From the NCBI GenBank assembly GCA_021294815.2, contig CP095464.1, forward strand, positions 210,001-242,000: DNA of 32,000 nt, written 5' to 3'. Made by a program: the position numbers and the translations under genes. The stretch comes from Verrucomicrobiota bacterium. Its GTDB lineage: Bacteria; Verrucomicrobiota; Verrucomicrobiia; Opitutales; LL51. Within the stretch, counting starts at the first letter, position 1. Every line of letters begins with the position of its first letter. The notes below the pieces were generated by a model, which worked only from the letters and a program-made list of their open reading frames with translations, was not told the DNA's origin and searched no databases. Below are positions 18,121 through 24,137 of the stretch, piece after piece.

Positions 18121-19677
18121 ATGGATGCATGGCAATATTTTTGTGACCATCACTTCACCTACCGCTCTGTCGGCCTGGGTCTTGACGTCAGCAAGCTCTC
18201 GCAATTCGATGAGACATCCCAAAAAATCGATCGCGAATCGGTTTTTAAAGAGATGAGCTTTTTAGAAAGTGGAGGTATCGCTAATCCCGATGAAAACCGT
18301 ATGGTCGGCCACTACTGGTTACGCAATCCCGCGATTGCTCCGACTCCCGAACTCAAAAACGCCATTACCGAGGTTTGGGATTCCATTGATCGCTTCGTCT
18401 ACGCCGTTCATTCCGGAGACATTACCGGAGAAACGCATGCCTTTAAAAATCTCCTCTGTATTGGGATCGGCGGATCTGCCCTAGGACCTCAACTTGCTTG
18501 CGCAGCACTTTCCCCTCAAAAACCAAAGCTCGCGGTCTATTTTCTCGACAACACGGACCCAGAGGGCATCGATACCGTTCTTGCTCAACTCGAAGGACAA
18601 CTGGATGCCACACTCGTCATTGTGACCTCGAAATCTGGTGGCACTCCCGAGACCCGCAATGGAATGCTTGAAGTTGCCCATGCTTACCAAAACGCAGGAC
18701 TTTCCTTTGCCCGACACGCTGTCGCAATTACCTGTATAGATAGTAAACTCGACCAGCAAGCGCGAAAAGAGGGCTGGCTGAAACGCTTCCCCATGTGGGA
18801 CTGGGTCGGTGGCCGGACTAGTATCGCCTCTGTCGTCGGTCCTTTACCGATGGCTCTCTGCGGCATCGATTACAAAACCTTTCTGAACGGCATGCGCGAT
18901 ATGGACTCGCTTACACGCCGCCACGACCCCAACAACCCGGCACTCCTCCTGGCAACAGCTTGGTACGCCGCAACCGACGGAAAAGGTACAAAAGATATGG
19001 TTATCCTTCCCTATAAAGACCGCCTATCGTTATTTTCTCGATTTCTCCAGCAACTCATCATGGAATCGCTTGGCAAAAAGCTCGATCGGGACAACCATCC
19101 AGTATACCAAGGAATTACCGTTTACGGCAATAAGGGCTCGACGGATCAGCATGCCTACGTCCAACAACTCCGCGACGGACTTTCGAACTTTTTCGTTACC
19201 TTCATCGAAGTCCTCACGGACCGCGATACCGAACCGGTCATGATCGACGCTCACACGACGACAGGCGACTATCTCGAGGGCTTTTTCTTAGGGACACGCC
19301 AAGCACTCCACGAAGCCGATCGCTCCTCCATAACACTCACTATTGATCGCATCGACGCCTACCATCTCGGCGTTCTGATTGCACTCTACGAACGGACGGT
19401 CAGCTTTTACGCCACAATGGTTCACATCAATGCTTATCATCAACCCGGTGTTGAAGCCGGCAAGAAGGCGGCCAATACAATCCTACAGCTCCAAGCGACA
19501 GCACTCGAACATCTCAAGTCTCACCCACAACCGAAAACGGTTCTAGAGATTGCGGCCTCAATTCAAACACAAGATTTTGAGACACTGTTCAAACTCCTCG
19601 AGCACCTATCGACCAATAAACGGCTTCAACGCACGGAAGCAGACGATCCGCATCAAAATCGCTATCTCTGGCGTTGA
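18121..19677 (+). CDS. pgi: Glucose-6-phosphate isomerase
   Basis: 518 aa. NRMVGHYWLRNP, IGIGGSALGP, VIVTSKSGGTPET, GGRTS..S.VG, GNKGSTDQHAYVQQLRDG, INAYHQPGVEAGK. Confidence 0.92.
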   Translation: MDAWQYFCDHHFTYRSVGLGLDVSKLSQFDETSQKIDRESVFKEMSFLESGGIANPDENRMVGHYWLRNPAIAPTPELKNAITEVWDSIDRFVYAVHSGDITGETHAFKNLLCIGIGGSALGPQLACAALSPQKPKLAVYFLDNTDPEGIDTVLAQLEGQLDATLVIVTSKSGGTPETRNGMLEVAHAYQNAGLSFARHAVAITCIDSKLDQQARKEGWLKRFPMWDWVGGRTSIASVVGPLPMALCGIDYKTFLNGMRDMDSLTRRHDPNNPALLLATAWYAATDGKGTKDMVILPYKDRLSLFSRFLQQLIMESLGKKLDRDNHPVYQGITVYGNKGSTDQHAYVQQLRDGLSNFFVTFIEVLTDRDTEPVMIDAHTTTGDYLEGFFLGTRQALHEADRSSITLTIDRIDAYHLGVLIALYERTVSFYATMVHINAYHQPGVEAGKKAANTILQLQATALEHLKSHPQPKTVLEIAASIQTQDFETLFKLLEHLSTNKRLQRTEADDPHQNRYLWR

Positions 19678-19726
19678 CATTTTGCCCGACAGATTAAGGT
19701 CACAGGAGCGAAGGAGGTGAGAAGCG

Positions 19727-19927
19727 ATGTCCGTTGAAGTTACTTTACGCAAGGGCGAGACCGTCGACAAAGCATTACGGCGGCTCAAAAAGAAGCTCGA
19801 CCGCGAATCCGTCCTAAAAGACGTACGGGCGAAGCGCTACTTTGAGAAGCCATGTGAGAAACGTCGTCGAATCAAGAAGGCTGCGGTCTTTAACAACATG
19901 TTGCGTGTGCGCTACGAGAATATGTAG
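19727..19927 (+). CDS. rpsU: 30S ribosomal protein S21
   Basis: 66 aa. [35 protein letters not shown]. Perfect AAGGAGGTGA Shine-Dalgarno sequence upstream. Confidence 0.93.
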   Translation: MSVEVTLRKGETVDKALRRLKKKLDRESVLKDVRAKRYFEKPCEKRRRIKKAAVFNNMLRVRYENM

Positions 19928-19954
19928 GCTTTTTAGTTCATTTTAGGCATAGAA

Positions 19955-19976
19955 AGGGGGCTTCGGCCCTCTTTTT
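19955..19976 (+). terminator. Rho-independent terminator after rpsU
   Basis: AGGGGGC-TTCG-GCCCTCT hairpin (7 bp including one G-U pair, UUCG loop), running into the CTTTTTG T-tract. Confidence 0.7.
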
Positions 19977-20112
19977 GTTTCGACTACTCTGACAGCTTAC
20001 TCATGAAAGAGACCAATATACGTTCGTTTATCGCAGTATGTGATTTAAAGCATCTTGACAAAACCCACGCCTAATAAAATGGTTTTTGAATCCTGAATTA
20101 GGGAATACATGC

Positions 20113-20514
20113 ATGAAGAAACACTTTTATCTACTTTCACTGGCAATATGTCTTGTTTATCCAATTTTCGCCATTGCAGCAGGCCCTTATGATGATCTAA
20201 TGCCGCAATTAGTGCAAATTTACGGCAATATTCCGGAGGTAGATCAATTTATCGAGCTTGCCAACAAACATTGGAAATTTATCCGAAAATGGCACATTAA
20301 AATGCGGCGATCGTTGTGGCCGCCAATGTCCGAAGAAGATCGTAAAGCACTTAGGTTAATTGAAGATAAATCAAAGCCGGAACATTTATCCTCTCACCAT
20401 CCTTTTGTTGCCGACTGGTTTATTGATCACCTCGGATTATCGCCGAGAAAACAAGGCCCCCATTTCGGATCGCTAGTGAAACTCTTGAACACCCGCGATG
20501 CTACTAAAAACTGA
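20113..20514 (+). CDS. Secreted protein of unknown function (family member P1)
   Basis: 133 aa from the ATG at 20113 (the track ORF starts at an upstream TTG). Signal peptide MKKHFYLLSLAICLVYPIFAIAA. The mature region is paralogous to P3 (GPYDDLMPQLVQIYG / APYDHLREPLENLYG; FIELANKH / FISLANRNH; VADWFI / VETWFI). Confidence 0.6.
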   Translation: MKKHFYLLSLAICLVYPIFAIAAGPYDDLMPQLVQIYGNIPEVDQFIELANKHWKFIRKWHIKMRRSLWPPMSEEDRKALRLIEDKSKPEHLSSHHPFVADWFIDHLGLSPRKQGPHFGSLVKLLNTRDATKN

Positions 20515-20629
20515 TAGTAAAAATATCTTGACAAAATTTATCAAAGGCGAAGCTCCATGGCTAAGCGTTGGCGCAGAAGCTTTTGGTGGGAAGGTATTCT
20601 GTTTTCCCACTGATAAGAAAGGAAAACAC

Positions 20630-21109
20630 ATGAAGAATCATATTACTAAACTCTTATCAGTATTATTGCTGGGTGGTTCTATTTCAACTGCACTTGCTGT
20701 CAGACAGGGGCCACCGGTTCGTGCAACACACGAACACGTTTATGGCCTGCGAAACTTTTTGAGAACCCTTCACCAACAAGACGGTGTCAGCGGAGAGTTA
20801 TTTCATTTCGTCAACGAGCGTACAGGAAACATCAATCTCACCGGCGTTAGTTCCACAGATCTCGATATCTTGGTCGCCTTTTTCGTCTTACTACACCCGG
20901 AATGTATAGGGGAACTCACCTCATCGCTCGAAAGATACGGCGAGAGAACGCAGACCTGGGTTGAGCCTGGGATTGTGCATCTTTGGTCACTCAAGGAACA
21001 AATCGAGGATGGCAATTTTACCGCAGCAGAAATACGGGATGCGGTTCGTCGGAATTTTCTCACGGTGCAGGAAGCTCAAGATCTCTTCAATATGTGGCTT
21101 TCGGCCTAG
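20630..21109 (+). CDS. Secreted protein of unknown function (family member P2)
   Basis: 159 aa from the ATG at 20630 (AAAGGA RBS upstream). Signal peptide MKNHITKLLSVLLLGGSISTALA is almost identical to that of P3. I recognise no family in the mature part. Confidence 0.6.
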   Translation: MKNHITKLLSVLLLGGSISTALAVRQGPPVRATHEHVYGLRNFLRTLHQQDGVSGELFHFVNERTGNINLTGVSSTDLDILVAFFVLLHPECIGELTSSLERYGERTQTWVEPGIVHLWSLKEQIEDGNFTAAEIRDAVRRNFLTVQEAQDLFNMWLSA

Positions 21110-21197
21110 AAGAAATGATTTTTTAGGGTACGCATTTGGGTGGAAAGATTTTTAACGGAAGAATTGTAAATGCTTCTGTTATCAAGGGAAAAAATAC

Positions 21198-21836
21198 ATG
21201 AAGAATCATATCACTAAACTCATATCAGCATTATTAATCGGCGGTTCCATTTCGTCTGTGATCGCAAGCGCACCGAAATCTGTTCGGCCGGGTCCTCGGG
21301 GAAACCTCATTTCAAGGACAATGAGTGTCGCTCATGCGCCTTATGATCATTTGAGGGAGCCTTTGGAGAATCTCTACGGCAAGGATGAGCTAGGCGGCGC
21401 ACTTGTTGATAACTTCATTAGCCTCGCAAACCGCAATCACCAGCGAATTAAGGGAAACGCGACCCCCGAGGAGCTTGCACAGTTAGGTCTCCCCGCTCAA
21501 GGAGCCATCAATCCAGCGCTTGTCGAGACTTGGTTTATCTATCAATTCACTCAAATACCCGCAAAGGAACGCAATCTATATTTTGTGGAGCGCATCGAAG
21601 AGTTGAATGACAGCGATTCGTATGAAGAAGATGGTGATCCATGCGACGAAGGGGCAGCGGAAAGGACAATCGAAAACCTAAGGCAAATCCAAGAAAAAGT
21701 TGAAAAACGAGAAATTTCTTGGTCCCAAGTTGAGACACTACGTCACCTTCACTTGCTACCCGATGGTTCTAACGAGGAGGAGGAAGAAGAAGAAGAAGAG
21801 GAGGAAGAAGCCTATCTGACCGGGGAACTTGACTAA
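21198..21836 (+). CDS. Secreted acidic protein of unknown function (family member P3) with a poly-Glu tail
   Basis: 212 aa. Signal peptide MKNHITKLISALLIGGSISSVIA. The central region is paralogous to P1. The acidic C-terminus includes 12 consecutive Glu. Confidence 0.65.
   Translation: MKNHITKLISALLIGGSISSVIASAPKSVRPGPRGNLISRTMSVAHAPYDHLREPLENLYGKDELGGALVDNFISLANRNHQRIKGNATPEELAQLGLPAQGAINPALVETWFIYQFTQIPAKERNLYFVERIEELNDSDSYEEDGDPCDEGAAERTIENLRQIQEKVEKREISWSQVETLRHLHLLPDGSNEEEEEEEEEEEEAYLTGELD
21774..21809 (+). repeat. GAR trinucleotide tract encoding Glu x12 within P3
   Basis: GAG GAG GAG GAA GAA GAA GAA GAA GAG GAG GAA GAA, in frame with the 21198 start. Confidence 0.95.
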
Positions 21837-21858
21837 GTCTTGGTTTTTAATCTTATAA

Positions 21859-21889
21859 AGAGGGTCCATGTCTAGTGGGCTCTTTTTTT
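21859..21889. terminator. Probable bidirectional terminator at the convergent P3/ybeY junction
   Basis: AGAGGGTCCA-TGTCTAG-TGGGCTCTTT: a ~10-bp stem that needs three G-U pairs, followed by a T7 run. A-rich on the 5' side, so it could also serve the minus strand. Confidence 0.5.
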
Positions 21890-21921
21890 ACTGAAAAAAC
21901 AGAGATAAAATTCTACTCAGA

Positions 21922-22368
21922 TCAGCGAATGACTTCGGGAAGATCTTTTAAAAACTCCTGGCAATAAGCTTCTGCTGTACGCATCACAGAACACTCTTCT
22001 GGGGTTTTATCATTTAAACCCGATAGGTGTAGAAATCCATGGATGAGATAAAGTTTGAGCTCGTCATCGAGACCCATATCAAAACGCTTTGCTTGCTGTT
22101 CGGCATAGGCGGGACAAACGATAATCTCCCCAGCAAGACCAAACTCTGGATCTCCCGGAAAGGTAATCACATCCGTTAATGAGGTGTCCTGTAAAAACTG
22201 CTGATGGAGTGCCCTCATTCTAGATGGAGAAACGAACGCCACCGATAACACCCCGGGTCCAATCTTGTATTGAGGATTTTGATCGAGTTTTTGATAGAGC
22301 GACACAACCGCTGCCTCCGAAATAATCCATCGACGACAGTGGTTCGAAACCTCAATCGTGCGCGCCAC
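21922..22368 (-). CDS. ybeY: rRNA maturation endoribonuclease YbeY
   Basis: 148 aa, GTG start. TDVITFP and IHGFLHLSGLND (UPF0054 metal motif, with Asp where the third His is expected). Confidence 0.8.
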   Translation of the reverse strand: MARTIEVSNHCRRWIISEAAVVSLYQKLDQNPQYKIGPGVLSVAFVSPSRMRALHQQFLQDTSLTDVITFPGDPEFGLAGEIIVCPAYAEQQAKRFDMGLDDELKLYLIHGFLHLSGLNDKTPEECSVMRTAEAYCQEFLKDLPEVIR

Positions 22369-22372
22369 AAGG

Positions 22373-22543
22373 CTACTTCTTGATCTCGCGGTGTAGCGTG
22401 TGCCGACGGAGAAATTTGTTGTACTTCATCTTCTCAACGCGTTCCGTCTGCGTCTTTTTGTTACGCGTCGACATGTACCGCGATACCGGCGCCCCTTCCG
22501 CGCGTGCCTCCGTACACTCTAAAATAATGTGCTCTCTCGCCAT
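22373..22543 (-). CDS. rpmG: 50S ribosomal protein L33 (Cys-poor, non-zinc form)
   Basis: Not in the ORF track (56 aa). [56 protein letters not shown] matches the L33 pattern (Y.T.KNKK....R.E..KY......HT.H.E.K). Fills the gap between rsfS and ybeY exactly. Confidence 0.85.
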   Translation of the reverse strand: MAREHIILECTEARAEGAPVSRYMSTRNKKTQTERVEKMKYNKFLRRHTLHREIKK

Positions 22544-22546
22544 AGC

Positions 22547-22987
22547 TTAAGCCGTGTATGCTGCGGTTTCCGCCTTAAAGTCAACAGGGAAATCACTCGC
22601 CAAAAGAACCGGAGCACGTTCCCAGAGCTTGTCCAAACGATACAATGAACGTACTTCGTGAGTCACTAAATGCGCTATGAGATCAAACGCGTCAAGCACG
22701 AACCAACCACTTTGAGGCTGATAATCGATGCGGCCAACAAATCCAAATCGGTGTTTGACAACCTCATAGAGCGCACTCCCTAAGGCCCGGAGGTGTGCCT
22801 CCGAGTTACATGTCGCCAAAAGAATGTAATCCGCAATTCCCGAAATCCCGTGCACATCGAAAATCTTTAGCTCCTCGCATTTCTTATCTTCCGCAATTTG
22901 AACACATATTCGTAATAAATCCTGTTCGGGCTTTTGCATAAACCTAGACTGGAGACTCAAAAAGGCGCCGCAAGCATTAACACTCAT
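22547..22987 (-). CDS. rsfS: Ribosome silencing factor RsfS (Iojap family)
   Basis: IFDVHGISGIADYILLATCNSEAHLRALG......WFVLDAFDLIAHLVTHEVRSLYRLDKLW. The start at 22987 has an AGGGAA RBS and overlaps the dprA stop. An alternative ATG is at 22939. Confidence 0.85.
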   Translation of the reverse strand: MSVNACGAFLSLQSRFMQKPEQDLLRICVQIAEDKKCEELKIFDVHGISGIADYILLATCNSEAHLRALGSALYEVVKHRFGFVGRIDYQPQSGWFVLDAFDLIAHLVTHEVRSLYRLDKLWERAPVLLASDFPVDFKAETAAYTA

Positions 22988-24092
22988 AATTTCCCTGGAG
23001 ATTTCGGCGAATTACTTGGCGTAATTCCAACATCTGCAAACGCGGCAAAAGACGAAAAACGGGGATATCGAGCGCCTCGGAAAGCGCGTCCGGCGATGTA
23101 CCATTCTGCTCATGGATGAACGCGACAATTTTTTGCTCAACCGGGTCCTCGAGTACCGATTCCACTTTGTCTTGAACGGCAAAGTCAAAACAGGCCTGGG
23201 ATACAGGGCAATTGAGCTCTTCCAGTATGTGATCCATACCCGCAACTAAAGTCGCACCTTCTCGAATCAAAGTATGGCAACCTCGGCTCATCGGTTGATC
23301 AATGCGCCCTGGCACCGCCATCACACCGTGCCCATAGTCATTCGCCAGATGTGCCGTAATCATACTGCCGCCATGCAGATCGCTCTCAATCACCAAAACG
23401 TGCGAACACATTCCCGCCAATACACGGTTGCGTATCGGGAAAGTTACTTTACTCGCTTTTTTTCCAAACGGAAATTCGGAAAGAATTGTGCCCTGCTCAA
23501 GGATCTTTCGGTAAAGTGGAGCATTTTCTCGGGGATAAATCACATCAATCCCAGAGCCTAAAACCGCAACAGTCGCATCATTTGCCCCAGACGCTAACGC
23601 ACCTTCATGAGCAGCAGTATCGATGCCCAGGGCCATACCACTACCGATTACAAACCCCATCTTCGCAAGCTCTAAGGCAAATTCACGCGCAATCTTCAAA
23701 CCGTAGACGGAAGGCTTCCTCGTTCCGACGATTGCAATATATTTTTGTGCACCAAGCGCTCCCTGCCCTTTCGCATAGAGCCCAATCGGCGGGGTATCGA
23801 TACTTTTCAGTAACGGAGGGAAGTCTGCATTCTCCTCGATCAAAAACCGGACGTTTTGGGTAATCAGTTGTTCTTTTTCTCTCTCTAGATTGAAATATTT
23901 CCGCCAATTCGCGATTCTTTCGGCTGCTTTTTTGGAGACACCGGGAACAGAGCAAAGTGTATCGTAGGAAGCCGTTAAAATCGAAACAAAATCTTCTTGG
24001 AAAAACGCGAGTAAATGACGCAACGTTGCGGACCCAACATCCTCTAAGGCGTTGAGAATCATATGCTGCGACAGAACCTCATCGATGTCCAT
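22977..24092 (-). CDS. dprA: DNA processing protein DprA
   Basis: IAIVGTRKPSVYG...A.ELAK.GFVIGSGMALGIDTAAHEGAL......VAVLGSGIDVIYP.EN. ATG at 24092 (the track uses the GTG one codon upstream). Confidence 0.88.
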   Translation of the reverse strand: MDIDEVLSQHMILNALEDVGSATLRHLLAFFQEDFVSILTASYDTLCSVPGVSKKAAERIANWRKYFNLEREKEQLITQNVRFLIEENADFPPLLKSIDTPPIGLYAKGQGALGAQKYIAIVGTRKPSVYGLKIAREFALELAKMGFVIGSGMALGIDTAAHEGALASGANDATVAVLGSGIDVIYPRENAPLYRKILEQGTILSEFPFGKKASKVTFPIRNRVLAGMCSHVLVIESDLHGGSMITAHLANDYGHGVMAVPGRIDQPMSRGCHTLIREGATLVAGMDHILEELNCPVSQACFDFAVQDKVESVLEDPVEQKIVAFIHEQNGTSPDALSEALDIPVFRLLPRLQMLELRQVIRRNLQGNYEC

Positions 24093-24137
24093 CACACATG
24101 ACGCTCGCAGAATCTAAAAAAAATGTCGAGCTCTTTT

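Noticed and set aside
20003-20074. 23-codon ORF (MKETNIRSFIAVCDLKHLDKTHA) faintly reminiscent of the first helix of a LysR-type HTH, considered as a possible gene remnant.
   Set aside because: It is too short to evaluate, has no RBS, and no continuation of similarity in any frame after the stop.
20498-20629. Upstream in-frame extension of P2 (ATG at 20498, overlapping the P1 end).
   Set aside because: It would bury the obvious signal peptide 44 residues inside the protein. The ATG at 20630 has an AAAGGA RBS and matches the P3 start exactly.
19984-21926. Imperfect direct repeat flanking the secreted-protein islet (CTACTCTGACAGC at 19984-19996 vs CTACTCAGATCAGC at 21913-21926), considered as possible att-like insertion scars.
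   Set aside because: Only a 6-nt exact core plus scattered matches with an indel. A match of that size is expected by chance between two ~100-180-bp flanks. No integrase or recombinase is nearby.
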